From Podarcis bocagei (taxonomy: Eukaryota): 64,000 nucleotides of DNA. The number at the start of each line of letters is the position of its first letter. Position 1 is the first letter of the stretch. Location of the stretch: the NCBI GenBank assembly GCA_964188305.1, contig OZ076885.1; one strand, given 5' to 3'. Shown piece by piece: positions 49,600 to 63,322 of this stretch. The notes beneath the pieces were generated by a model, which worked only from the letters and a program-made list of their open reading frames with translations, was not told where the DNA came from and searched no databases. Position numbers and translations under genes: made by a program.

Positions 49600-52500
49600 T
49601 GCCAAGAAAATTCCATGGACAAAGACAATAAACCCAGAAATAGACCACAGCAAACCAAACGCCAGCAGCCTGAGCTGGAGCCCTGGAAGTGCTTGCTGAA
49701 ATAAGTGAGTACTGCGATGTTTTCAACATCAACAATGAAAATGCTTTGGTGCAACCACAAAGGAGGCTTGGTTGTTTCCTTCAGCTAGTTCTCAATTGAA
49801 GGGACAAGGTGGGGCCGAAACTAGGCTTTCTGTCACCGAGGGCAAAGACCCAGTTTGACACCCCACCCCCCAGATGCATGTTTGTGTACATACACATACA
49901 CCCCCCAACACATTTATTCATAAAGGGCATAAAAGTAGGCAATATATCATCTGAATACAAAGGAATCCTAAGAAGTACTATGACTGCATGGTCATTCATC
50001 ATGATGCACATATGGTTTCCAGTCAACCCTCCATTCAGACACTGACCATCAGCAAGATGGTGGCCTTGTGTACCTTCAGATCATTTTACTATTACCATTT
50101 TACAGTAGAGTGAGCTTTACTTAACTCTGCTTATTTCAATGAGTCTATTTTGAGTATGGTTAACACCGGGTATCACCCATGATATATTTTAGATGGCATT
50201 TAACTGACATCATAGTTTCTGTTGATCATGTAACACTGAGATTGTGAATGATTGGGGAAGGTCACCTTAAATGGATGAAGTATGGTTACCCACAAGAATG
50301 CTATTAGCATTGCAATGCGGTGATGATGAAATTGCAAATCTCAGTTTTAAAGCTCTGTTTAATTCCTCTGTTGCACCCACCCAAAAAGAAAGGCAAGGAA
50401 AAGTGGGAAAGAAAGCCTTCACACTGAAATCAGTATAAGTATACCCCCAAAAGAACTGGTCTGGTTTCTTTGTAAATGAGCAGAATGATAGGACCAAGAG
50501 AGAGGCAAATTAACCTACAAGGAAACTGACAGCTTTATAACCCATGCCTCTGACTGAAATGTTCGGAAGTCTCCTGGCAATTGTCCCAGACATGCAGGTA
50601 GAACAGTGAGTTCGCTTATTATGTGAACTAAAACAATCTGGCTTTCCACAAATGCACCTTGGGCCCAGCTAAGTGTGAAGGTATAGAAGTGTGTGCCAAA
50701 CCAAGGGAAAGACCTTATTTACCTGAAATGGTTTGCTATCAGGATTTGAGATCTAAATATGAAGAGGGCAAAGATGCCTTAAACCCTTACAGTTCTCATA
50801 TATGTAGAAACATCTATGGTGGTATCCAGGAGGCAGCGAGTGTATCAAGTCTGAGATAGTTTGGTCCACCCTGATTGATGTGAAGAACAGCATATTGATG
50901 ACAGAGATGGTAAAATACACGGCGTAATTCTAACATGATCTTCCATCCTTCCTTTTTGCCGCTCTCTCAGTGTCAAAGAGAGGAGGACAGCTCTTTTGCC
51001 TCTCACTTGGATGGTGGGCAAAAGTCTGGAGCTGGCCTTCAAAATTTGTTCCCTCACCCCAAGTATAAATTATCAGTTGGATCCAAACTTAGTAATACTT
51101 ACCAAGTGGGCTGATTGAAATCTTCTGAACTTATCCTGATTATTTGAAGTCACATTGATATCATTGTGTCTAATCTGGCTATGGTAGGAAGACAAAACCC
51201 AACCATATATATCTAGAGACAGCCACAATACAGGCTTATGCACAGCTTCCCTCCAGCAACTTCAGTAAGTAAATCTCTTCTTAAATGAATAAATGGGGCC
51301 TGTCAGGTCAAACGTTCAGAAAGGTATTGGACTGAGTAGTAATTACAAACCAGAGATATGTTAAATCACCAAAGAATAATTTATTTCCCTAGCAAAATAT
51401 ACCTAGAAGTTTATGGGCTGTGGGGTCATTGTTTCACACCTTCCTTCCAGCTTCTATAATAAATTCTAGTGAAAAATCTACTACTGAGATGTGGAATTTG
51501 AAAGTTATCTTCCTGAACATTCCATGTACTTCCTTTTTTCATCCCTCTGGAAAGAAAGGCGGGCCTCTTTTCTTACTGAGAGGCACAGAAGCCATGTCAC
51601 TTTGTGATATCTTCATAGTTTTTACTGGGAGGTTTTCAGCGTTTTTCTTCGTAGATGCTTTTCTTCATTCCCAGTGTATCATCCTGCTTGATAGCAGCCC
51701 TTTGCCGTGTGCTTCTTTTAAGAGCTGGTTGTGGTGGGGGGGGGGAAGAAAAGACAAATAAAAAAGGGAAATAGTTCAACACATTGTTCAACGATCTTTT
51801 AGATTTCACTGAGCAGATGACATGAGTGACAGAAATGGAGAGTGCAGCTTATGAAGGCCTGGCATATAGCAAGCCTGCAGGAAAGGTAAGCACAGCTATC
51901 AAACACATTTTGTATAAGTGCTTCTCCGGCTGGAATGATTTTTGAAGTTTTTTAGGCCTGCAGGTTAATGTCCCAGGAACATGTCGATGCGGCTGAGAGG
52001 CAAGACCATGAACCTGGAAGATAGAGACGGACAGGTTCTCTGGGGAGTGGAGATGAAGCTAAGCAGGTTAAGAGCCTCACCTGTCACAGGCGAACTACCT
52101 TCACAAGAAAGCGGATGTTGAACAAAGACAGGGATCCGCTGACAAGAATTTCCAAATGTGCAAGGTAAACAAAACAGAAGGAGAGGGCAGAGCGGGGGAG
52201 AGGGAAACTCTGGTTTGTAACCCAAGTAGAAAATATTCACCATAAATAGCAGCTCACTTGTAGCAAGACTATATTAAGGCTTGACAAATTCACCTGTCTA
52301 GGGCCTCACACACAGCTGATTTATATGACTGGGCAGGTGGAAAAGTGCTGAGCCCTTTTTTTTTCTTTTTGGCAAAGGAAGTGCAGTTGTTAGTGGAGCA
52401 ATGCAGAAGAAATGCCATCTCCGACACTGAGACTGAGCGAAGAATGGAAGAGTTCTACAAATTAGCATTCCCAGATGATGGCATTAAAGTTGCTTAATGC

Positions 52501-52731
52501 AAAAATCTTGTCCTTTAGATAGTGTACCCGGTACTGATGTACTGATGGATTTAGTTTATTTAGGGCCTCATCATTTTTAGAAAACAGTGCTTTTCTTTTC
52601 TCCTTTAAAATGGCTGGGATACCCTTCTTACAGAGGCAGGTGAATGAGTATTGAAATAATCATAATGATGATTATAATATAATATAATGGTTGTTGTTCC
52701 TCCTCCTGCCATATGCATCGGTAATGTATAT

Positions 52732-52921
52732 GGTCACACCCACACCATACATTCAAAGCACATTGAAAGCAGATGGCTTCCACCAACGAATCCTGGGAAC
52801 TGTAGTTTGTTAAAGGTACAAACCCTGGGAATGGTAGCTGTGTAAGGGGAGAGCTACAGTTCCCTGGGTCCATTTGGGGAAAGTCATGTGTATGCTTTAA
52901 TTGAATGGTGTTGATCTCACC
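52732..52921. mobile_element. palindromic MITE (possibly PIF/Harbinger-like)
   Basis: CACACCATACATTCAAAGCA / TGCTTTAATTGAATGGTGT and GGGAACTGTAG / CTACAGTTCCC inverted arms. Confidence 0.7.
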
Positions 52922-55887
52922 AAAGAGTACAAAGGGAGGGATGATCAGTTCTGGCAGGCCAGTCCAATTGTAGCAAACAAAGCCACCTGAGGTTTCAGTC
53001 ATGTCATATAAGATTTCCATCCAAGATTCCAGGAATGGAATTAGGATAAGTTGTGTTTGAAAGATATTTTCTCTTCACATGGCATGACTCTTCTAACACT
53101 CTGCTGAAGCTGGGATAACAGGGAAATGGAGGCTGATAGCAAAGGCCTCATGGGATTTCCTTGGGAATCTTAAAATGAGACATTTGCTCATTGCTTTTTT
53201 CCTAATAAGGTAACTCCTGTCTGGAGCTGCAGCCATCCCATTAAGCCAATCACACTCTAATATGCCAAGCTGAACTCAGTAGCCTAAACTGTATTTTATT
53301 TTTGTGGCTTATGTGATTCTGCTAGGTAAGCAAGCAAGGTTGTTTCGATTATGGGTGTTACATTTTGTTTCAAATTGTGTATGTTTGTGTGTGCATGTTT
53401 TACCTGTTAAGTGAAACGGTCAACAGTATCAGCAGGATAAAAAGTTATTTTGTCTCTGACTCATACAGCAGAACTGACAAGCAGACAAACAGAAAATACT
53501 TTTGTTGATGTCAGATTGATACTGAAAGATTGTCAGCTACTTTTGTTAGCGTAGGATAGATATCGAAAGGTTGTCGACTTCCATTTAGGCACCCTGGTCT
53601 TGGAGAAGGTGTATTTACTATATATGTATGGCCTGAGCCATCAGGGTGAGTAAAAAAAAAGTGAACAAATAAAAATACCTACAATACAGAACAGAATATT
53701 CTATAATATCATGTTACTAAGTTGTTCAAATGTCCCTATCTTTTGTTACTTTCTCTTGATGCAGATATATTTCCTAGATCAGCATATAAGATGTCTCTCC
53801 CAAATGCCTTGGTAAATGTCCAAAATCCCAGGGAGGAGGGTGGAATGGTAAGAGAAAATAATATATTGTGGGAGGACAAAGATTGATATATGGATGCGGG
53901 GGACTGAACCCCTTCATCAACTATTACGAATCAAGTCCAAACCTTCCAAAATTTCATGCCCAACTTGTAATGGGCTCACCAGAAACCAAAACTCTCCACC
54001 ATCAGACATGCAACCCTTCAATAAATCCCCCACTTTCATCCAAAACTTAACACTGCTCAATCATTTGAACTAAAAGCTTTGGAAACTCTTTTTTTAAGGG
54101 GGGGGCACTCTTCTTAATGGCAGTGGGTACTATATATACACAAGTGGCCAGGCCATAAAATGAGGCATGTGCTGAATCGCTGCACAGGGACACTCCTACT
54201 TTGTGACAGTAAGTTTGTGGGAAGGAAGGGGAGGGGAGCTGCCCCAGACAAGCTTCCTTGGAAAGTCCCTCAGCTTTCTCTGAGAAAGCTCAGAAAGTCC
54301 AAGCTTAATTATGAGGCGAGTGAGGGGAAAATTTCTCAGCGCTGGTCAGGACTTCCTTTTTTGCTGACTTAATCCTGAGTTCTGAAGGACTAGCCCCCAA
54401 AGAGAGATCTGACTACACTTCCCCAAAGTGCAGAGGCTTGAATTCTGATGAATCGGCAGTTTGAAGCATTGTATAACTCTGTGGTTATGTCCTTGTTGTG
54501 TGGAGAACCACTAAGAAAGTCTCTCTCTGCACCTTTGCTGTCTGAATGTGGGCCTCTAAATCAGCTTATAGTCACAGCACAAATAATGAAAAATGTGGAG
54601 AAGAGAAGGGGCTTTCTCCAAGTACTTTCCAGCTGTTGATGACAGGAGCACAGTCAGACCTATGAACAGCTGAAGTGGATTTCATCATTTTATTGTATCC
54701 TGATAGCCCCTTTTCCTTCTTTTAACTCCTGTAGTTCAAGAGAGTCCGTCCCTGCAGTTTGCATAAGTTTGCGATATTTTCCATTTTTTTGCCAAGGGCA
54801 TAGCTGTAGCTGAGTGACTTTGTAAAGAATGGTCATTCACCCATCATTCTATTTAGCAGAATCACTCAACAGCATTAAAATGCTGAAGGCATTTTAACTG
54901 GTGTGGATATGTTGCTCTTCCTGGGCAGCTTTCATGATCCTGTTAGCTGGCAAGCCTCTTGGTGGGTTGTCTAAAAGGACACTTCTGGAGGAAATTTGTT
55001 TTATAAGTAAAAGATGTCTGAAACAGCATAATTATATGGAATGTTCCTTGTAACTCCCATTCTTTATGTGTCTAATCAGATTTCATTAGCTGGCTTGTCA
55101 GCCGAGGGGGTGGGGCCGGCGGTTCAGAATCGATGCAATGCACATTTCGCAAAGTTTTGAAATATATGTTTGATTTTTGCAGCAACTATGGCAAAGGATG
55201 TTGCAAGGAGTTGCAAGGGAGATGTTTCCTAGAATTTGACCTTGTTCATGTCAGTAGGGTAAATGGATTGGCTGATATGCCAGATGAAAACATGTCCAAT
55301 GGGATCTAGACTGCTAACAGCTGACAAAGAATCAGTAACCACCTGCCTCTTTCTTAGTGGTGCTTTATTAAAAATAATGTTTACTGGTGATGGTGGTAGC
55401 CGCAGTATGGGATGGGGGATGTATAGCCTCAGGCAGTTACTGGATGAACTGCTGCAATGTCACAGTAAGCTTAAGGAGCCATTCTGCCATTGGCTCAGCT
55501 CTTTTGACCCTAGAGAGCAAGTAGGAATGCAAAAGCCTCAGGAACACGAGGCAGAGCCAGAGCAGCCTAGAACAGGAAGCTGTTGTTCAACATCTGGGGG
55601 CGAACATGGGCTCTGACCTGCTGTCAAACTGCTACTCATGGCTTTGGGATCTGGGTGTGGAAATGAGCCCCTTTGGAGTTAGACTGACCCACACACCAAG
55701 GGACTGGGGGGGGGTATAGTGAGGCAGGAAGACAGATGGTCTATGTCTCCTTTGTATAAATTTATTTTTAAAAAACTTGTTCTGGTGTGCTTCCTCATTA
55801 TTATTTTTTAAAATCTACATGACATTCTTACTTTAAAAAATTACTACTTACATGGTTATTAGACATGGTTATGAGGTGATCTGAGGG

Positions 55888-56218
55888 CAGGGGCGGAGGA
55901 AGGGGGGGTGCGGTAGGTGTGGACCGCCCCGGGTGTCACTGAGGGAGGTGACAAAATGCCAGGCGGCACTCACCGCGGGGCCTGCAGCACTCTCGAGCCA
56001 CGTGTCACTCCTGGGAGAGATGCAGTGGCTAGGGCACACGCATGCTCTGTGCTGCCCAAATGGTCCTCCCATTGCCTCCCCCCCCCAGCCGTAGGACGGC
56101 TGAGTGGGAGGAGGCAGGCAGACTCGGGGAGCCCTGAGGTTCACCCTGCCCCTGTGGGCGGCTCACCCCATCCCTGGGCACGCCACCCCAGGTTCCTGAG
56201 TGGCCTCCTCCGCCACTG
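55888..56218. mobile_element. GC-rich hAT MITE
   Basis: TIR CAGGGGCGGAGGA / TCCTCCGCCACTG; TSD TCTGAGGG (55880-55887) / TCTGAGGA (56219-56226). Confidence 0.85.
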
Positions 56219-56799
56219 TCTGAGGACTGCCTTTTAAAATAAATTTTCACATTATTTTATCAACCACCACCACCAGTAAGACCTGTTCCAAGTGACTAGA
56301 AATGCCCCTGAAAGTTATGTTATGACATGTCAACCCGCTAGGGACCTTATGCGGAAAAGAGGTGGCCCCATCCCTAATCAGGTATACTTCGCTCAACACC
56401 TGAAAAGGTGCAACCAATGGGTCAGGTTCAAACGCCCGTAGGCTGAGGAAAGGTCACAAGGCAGCTTCTGCATTATATAGCATTTCTGCACGGTCTATAG
56501 TACGTGTTGTAGATTGCCTTTCCACTGAATCTTAATAATAAAAAACCGGCCTCAGTTAACCAAGTGACATGTTTCTCTATTCCAGGAATAAATGTAGCCA
56601 TCCTCTCTTCATTCTATTTTAGTTTTTAAAACAACTTTGATCACAGAAATCATCCAATTCCATCAGTGGTATGTTGCTGGTGATAAGACAATCTCTTCTG
56701 TATAACCATGAACACGTTATAGGAGATACATTTCCCCGTTGAATTATAAAATTCATCACATCCTGTAGCCGGTTTCTTTTTTTGCTTTCACTGCATGGC

Positions 56800-57400
56800 C
56801 ATAGAGGAACTGCCTAGAATATCAGCAAAAGCACCTGTTGTCTATGAAAAGCTATATGGGGATATTGAACTATAAAGCTCAAGGAGGTTAATAAATTAAC
56901 AACCAATTCCACCAGGGCACATTTCACTCACACAATATGTGGCTCTAAGGCTGCACATGTCCCCTGCCTAATTTTATGCAGCACTTCAGAAACTGTAGGA
57001 CCAGCTTTGCCCTCTGGTCCATCTCTGGGGGAATCACTCTCTTCCCTGTCATATTTGTAGGTACCAGAGAGAAATGGGGTGAGAAAGAGATGCCATCCTG
57101 CAAATACTGCAATACACTTTTGGTTCTGGTCCCACCCACTGCCACTATGTGGTACCCAACATATTCCCCTTGAGGAAATGTGGATTTTGATAAAGAAGAA
57201 TGTTCTCCATTCGTGGTTTAGAAGATTGAATTTTGGAGTTATTTGGCTCAATATATGAGACTGTGGAATAAATATTTATCAGCTTAATACTGGTATTAGC
57301 AATAGGAAGGAATTTCTCTGTTTGTGAGGAGGCCCAAGCTCCAATGACCCTCATTCCTGCTCATAAGAAAGGCTTGCTCAGTTCTGAATTCTGAACTGGG
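56800..57400 (+). mobile_element. possible highly degraded L1-like RT remnant
   Basis: Frameshifted peptides YEKLY, DFDKEE and RLNFGVIWLNI occur in the order expected for L1 RT. Weak. Confidence 0.25.
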
Positions 57401-58344
57401 TTCTGATAAAAAGGAGCCAGGTTATTTTCCTATTTCATTTGGAAAAATAACCAGGTTCTGCCAAGTCCAAGTCCAAGCTGAGCCAAGGGGAGACCAGCCA
57501 TTACTAGTACCGTTGATTTGAATTAGCCTTGATTTGATTGAATCAGCAGAAACATGTTCAACTGGAATGAGACTAGATGCAAGGCATCGTTTTCTAAACT
57601 CTGCTGTTCTTATCCATGCTCCTCTGACACTTTCTCCTTTAATTAGTCTAAGGTAACCTAGCGTATTGGAGTTGGCCATGGAACAATTGGTTGTTGAACT
57701 TCTAGTACCATTGAGTCATGGGGTAGCCTTGAGGTACCCTTAACGTTTTTTCAATTCATTTCTAGTTTCATTGAATGCAGATTCCCAGGCACACAGATGG
57801 AACCAGAATTTGTGACTCAGTCCTTCCATCCTTGAAAATGCCAAGCATGACTACATTCCTAGATCACTGAGAATGATGTGATGATTACAGTGCACATCAT
57901 TTATCCAAATAGCCTAGAGGGCCATTGGAATAATCAGAAGCTCAGATAAACAGCCATGCTATTTACAAGGGTTTGCCATGAGTCAGGCCACATAGCTGGG
58001 GGTAGAGGGGTGTAAAGAGGCAACACAGACACTTTCCTGCAAAAATAAGATATATTCTAGATTTCCCCCCTGCATTTTTATATGCAGGACCAAAATTTTA
58101 TATTTCTGATTTTTCTCCATATGCTATCTTGCATTATTAAGAAAATGAATACTTTAATTCTATAATTTCTATAGGATTATTATAGAACTATTTCTATAAT
58201 TGGTGCATATATGTGTATACATCACTTGATTACTCCATTCTTTTATTATACACCTGGTGATTGGCAGTTGAAGTTACAAGAAGCAAAATTAAAGTCCTGT
58301 GCTCACATTTTATCTACAAGGGTCCATTCACACATTCAGCATAT

Positions 58345-58905
58345 TGCGACACAAGCTTGGCCATGATTCTCCATACCATGGCACCCCTCAGGTTGGATTA
58401 GCTCTGTTGGTTAGAGCATGGTGCTGATAACGTCAAGTTCATGGGTTCGAGCCCCAATTGGGTCAACTGCATATTCCTGCATTGCAGAGGCCTGGGCTAA
58501 ATGATCCTCAAACTCTCTTCCAACTCATCTATTCTAGATTCATGGATTACTGCAGTGCATTGTACATGGGGCTGTCCTTGAAGACTGACTGGAAATGGCA
58601 GTTTGTATAGAATGCAGATGTTACACAACTTACTAGGCTGGGTGTTGAGATTATATCTCACATGTGCTTAAAGAACAGCACCGGCTCATGGTGTTTCTGT
58701 GAGCACAATTGAAGATTGTAACATGGGACTTGGGGCATAGCTTCTGAAGAAATGTCTGCATTCACATCAGTCTACCTGTGTGCTAAAACTGTTGTCACAG
58801 AAACTTCTCTGGGTGTCTCCTCACCCAGAGAAGAGTTATGGGTGCATAACTACAGAGGGTCTTCCCTGTTGTGACGCCCTATTTGTGGAACTCCCTCTCC
58901 AGGAA
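58345..58905 (+). mobile_element. old L2 LINE fragment split by a SINE
   Basis: With the SINE removed it reads SLAMILHTMAPLRLDYCSALYMGLSLKTDWKWQFV*NA, aligning to DLATVIHATVTSRLDYCNSLYVGLPLRLTQKLQRVQNA of the intact L2. Later PYLWNSL. Confidence 0.75.
58401..58542 (+). mobile_element. tRNA-Ile-like-headed SINE with CR1-like tail, nested in L2
   Basis: GCTCTGTTGGTTAGAGCATGGTGCTGATAACGTCAAGTTCATGGGTTCGAGCCC plus tail; TSD TGGATTA at 58394-58400 and 58543-58549. Confidence 0.85.
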
Positions 58906-61821
58906 GCATATGCCAGGAAGGCCCTTTAAAATTCCCACCTGAAGGGGAATTTTACTGCTGCTTTATCTTCCTGTTTTTATGAATTTCTTGGCTTTTTATT
59001 GTATTTTTACCCTTTTTAACATCTGTAAACAATGCTGATAATGAGCATCAGGATAACGAATCCCCTAATAAATATTTATAAAGTGATGAACCCGCAGTGT
59101 GAATCAGTCTAGAGGCTTCAGATAACCATAGTTCAGAAAACCTGGTTCATGTTGTAGCTACTCCTATACACATGCTAGCTATTCTTAGCATTTTTAGAGC
59201 AGAATGACTTAATCTATTCTCAATTCCACATCTTCTCACTATGTGTTTCCCCAATGATTTACTCGTTAAACTGCTGCACTCTTGTATTTAATGTGCAAGG
59301 CTTTGAGGGGATACGGAATTAGCTGTTTCTCTCTGTTTTGCAAAGTTGCATTGTGCATATGGCAACATCATTTGGTAGCATCACTGAAAACTGCCTACTT
59401 CCCGGACAAGCACACTGAATCTAGTTTTCCTCCAATTTCCATCTATCACCCTGTGAAAGCTAGCGCAACAGACTGAAAATAGCTTCTCAGCAACTTCAAG
59501 TAGAGATTATCTGTGGTGTGTCGGGGAAGTGGGATGCTACTCAAACATGTGATTTTCCTTTTGAATGGTTTGACGACCGGGTTGTACCATGGGATAGCTT
59601 GCAGGATGACTGGCACAGATATTGTCACCTGAGGTTAGATTACTCAATCTGTAATTAATACAAGCAGTGGCCAAGCTGACCCCATAATATCTGAATAGGC
59701 TCAACGGGGCTATTCTCAAGTAAGTGGCATGATAATTGCAGCCCAATATCCTGATCTTATGCACAGATGGCACTCCTGAATGAGTGGACTTCCCTGTTCA
59801 CTTCAGTGGAGGAGATGAAACAACCACCCATCCTTTTGCATATGCAGAGTTTTCCCTTTTCTGTTTAAATTAATGGGAAAGTCATTGAAGGCAGGGAGAA
59901 TTGTGTGGATGGTTGGGTCAGGATCTTATATTCATGAGATCTGCAATTCAGTTCAGCCAGAATGTACTTAACTGAAGCCAGTTTAGTTCTATTAGACTCT
60001 TGCTCAGTTGGTTTGTAGATCAGATTTTTTTAAAAATGTGTCCTTAATCTGGAAAATGTTCTATTTCCTAGGGGGTCCAGGAAACTTCTCTAGCATTTTG
60101 GTATAGAGCTTTTTTGCTTCCAGAGCCCCCTAAGTCTTCAGTGTGTTCCTAATTTATATGGCAATGCTCCAACTGTTTTACCAGCACCAAGCTCTTTTAA
60201 TAGCATCAAGCACTGGTGTCTCGGCTCTGGAGCAAACAGAATAGTTTGGGTGTGCTTTTGTCTTTGGTGAATGATTTTCTGTTGCGTGGTTATTTGTAAT
60301 AATGGGCATTCATTATCAAGAGAGAGTCCTTTGCTCAGGAGTCATCATGGGGCATGCTGCAAATGAATCTTGACACGACTTTGCATTTGTGTATTAGGGG
60401 CTCATAATGTGCATTTATTTGTGTAATGCAGAATGCAGTTTTTAAAAAACATCAAAGTGCAGATCATACATAGCAGATGCTTCTAAAATATCACATCTTG
60501 GCCAATTCTTCTGCGGTCCCCCCCCCCCCAACTTCCAAATATCTTGGTGCACATTTAAAAGGAATAACCTGCCATATTTTATTTAAAACCATAGCCAAGT
60601 TTGAACTTACAGAAGCACAAAGAGGAATGGAATGCTCTTTTTATTTTTTTAAAACAAATAATTCCTGTAACTTTAAATGCTGTAATAGTTTTTATTGTTT
60701 TGTTTAAGAAAAAACTATGAAAAATACACTGCTTGAGGTTCCGCCTGGATCAGATTGCTCCTGTGTTATTATACAATGCAGAGTTTATTGTTGCATAAAT
60801 TCAAGATTGAGTAGTACATATGGTATGCTTGGTTATGTCATTCTGTATGAAATCTGCAATGCGTCCTATACATGCTTACTCAGAAGTAAGTCTTACTGTA
60901 TTCAGTGGTGTTTATACCTGGATGAATATGTCCAGAATTTCTGTTTGAATTGTTCTGATTTAACAGGATCTTTTTGATACTGCTGAGGGCAGGCATATTT
61001 CTTGCCCACATTGTTATTCTGTTCGTATTCAAAAAACTGTTTAACCTTGTTCTTTTAGCAGTGCTTGGTAATATCTTGCAATACAGAAAGTTCAAAATAA
61101 TGTATGAGAAGTCATTACTTTTCTCTGTAGTAGAGCATTGTGCGATGCAGAGACCTGAAAATATGATTTCAAGCAACCAGGTAAATAAAATTCACATGAC
61201 CATTATAGCCTTAAACTGTTTTCATGGAATGTCTGTATTTGATTACATTTTGTGAGAGTGAGTTGAGGGTCTGTGCGAAGTAAAACTGAGCATTTTAAAG
61301 AAACCTATATTCCTTAAAGTTGCCTCTATAGTTATAGAGGGAAAAAGCAGAAAATTGTTCAGTGTATTGTAAAAGGTGGGTGGGTTTCATGGTGATATTA
61401 GGAGGGGGAAATAGTTAATTTGATTAGCAAAGACAAGAAATATTATGGAAAAGTTTACTGTATAGAATACAGAATGAACCATAATATTCCTATATTTGTA
61501 TATATGCTGGTAACATTTAATAAGGGCCATGAAATCCCAATCAGTTGCCTTATAAATATTACCTAATGTATTGTAATACATATTATTATTATTATGTCTC
61601 TTTTTGCCATTGGTTCTGTGCATGATAATATAATAAATGTGCCGGTGTGTTTCCTCCTTGCTTTCTTTCCCTTTCCTTCCCCTCTCCATGCTTCTAAAGC
61701 CCTGCACTTCAGTGTATTTTATTTATTCAGAGTACAGCTCTTGGCCTGCTTAACCAATCAGAGAGGCTTTAAGGGCCCAGGACTAGCCATAGTGCTGAGC
61801 TCCAAATGTGATTCCAACCCT

Positions 61822-61985
61822 NNNNNNNNNNNNNNNNNNNNNNNNNNNNNNNNNNNNNNNNNNNNNNNNNNNNNNNNNNNNNNNNNNNNNNNNNNNNNNN
61901 NNNNNNNNNNNNNNNNNNNNNNNNNNNNNNNNNNNNNNNNNNNNNNNNNNNNNNNNNNNNNNNNNNNNNNNNNNNNNNNNNNNNN
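61822..61985. other. assembly gap
   Basis: Run of N. Confidence 1.
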
Positions 61986-62649
61986 AGGTTATGATGGTTT
62001 AGTGTATTACAGAGAAGAAAGTCTTAAATTACTAGTGCTGAGAGGTATTGCACTATAGCAGACAGTATTCCATTGTATAGTCTGCAGATAGCATGAGCAG
62101 AACAATAAAAAGGCAGGTTTAGCAGAAAACCTGTTGCTGGACAAATCTTTCCCCTTACCTAGAAAAGAAAAGCTGTGTTTTATGTTTGCTTTGACCTTAA
62201 CTATATGTTGGCCTCTTAACATCTGTTTTCTACTGTTGCCGTTTTTCACACCAAATTAACTGTCAGGGAGTCAGATAAAATAAGTTTTAAATACTTCCAA
62301 ATTATTATTTGTTTTATTTTCCACGATGGCCAATAATACTGCCCCCCATTTTTCCTCTTTATCTCAAACTGTATGAAAAAAATAATCAACAAACTTACAC
62401 CAGATTTCTTTCTGATAGAAGGCATAATGCCATTGTGATTCTAGCACTCTGACATAACATTGCAGGAGATGAATCCTGGTATACTCCATATTGCTGGAAG
62501 ATAGTGTAGTTACAGTAATTCATTGTTTGCTAACTAGGACAGTTTCTGGATGATTCCCCCCCCCCCAAAAAAAAACCAACAACAACAAACAAAAACAACC
62601 CACCACAAAATGTTTCAGGAAATTTTAAAAAAGGGAATTTGCAAATTTC

Positions 62650-63322
62650 TTTTTTAAAATGTTATTTATGATTTTCATTTATAACAAATATACATTTCAG
62701 CAACACACACACACACAATTCTTATATACCAATCTTTGACTTCCTCCCCCCTCTTTTTGTGGCTCTATAAATTTGTTTGCTTTCTTTACCCCTGCATATC
62801 CCAATTAACTCTATTTATTCTTTTTCTCATCTATTTCCTATACAATTTAGAAACTGAAAGTTTTTTACAATACAGTGGTACCTCGGGTTAAGTGCTTAAT
62901 TCGTTCTGGAGGTCCATTCTTAACCTGAAACTGTTCTTAACCTAAAGCACCACTTTAGCTAATGGGGCCTCCCACTGCCGCCGTGCCACTGCTGCGCGAT
63001 TTCTGTTCTCATCCTGAAGCAAAGTTCTTAACCCGAGGTACTATTTCTGGGTTAGCGGAGTCTGTAACCTGAAGCATATGTAACCTGAAGCATATGCAAC
63101 CCGAGGTACCACTGTAATCCTGCTAATGTCTTAATTTGTTCATAAATATTCAATAAACAATTTCCATTCCTTAGTAAATGTTTTGTTGTCTTGATTTCTT
63201 ATTCTTCCGATAAGTTTTGCCATTTCTGTATATTCCATTAATTTCTGTAGCCATTCTTCTCTCATTGGGACTTTGTCTTCTTTCCATTTTGCGGCAAATA
63301 TCATTCTTGCAGCGGTAGTTGC
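62650..63322 (-). mobile_element. 5'-truncated L1 LINE (ORF2 C-terminus + 3'UTR) with a nested MITE
   Basis: Peptide ATTAARMIFAAKWKEDKVPMREEWLQKLMEYTEMAKL...FTKEWKLFIEYL; 18-bp TSD AGGGAATTYGCAAATTTC at 62632-62649 and 63323-63340. Confidence 0.9.
62873..63114. mobile_element. Tc1/mariner MITE, copy 4
   Basis: Same TIRs and TA TSD; inserted in the L1 3'UTR. Confidence 0.92.

Noticed and set aside
49230-49760. 176-aa minus-strand ORF as a host gene
   Set aside because: Its only recognisable part is the BovB C-terminus; the flanks are chance read-through.
31468-63114. All four mariner MITEs in the same orientation
   Set aside because: Probability 1 in 8 by chance; not informative.
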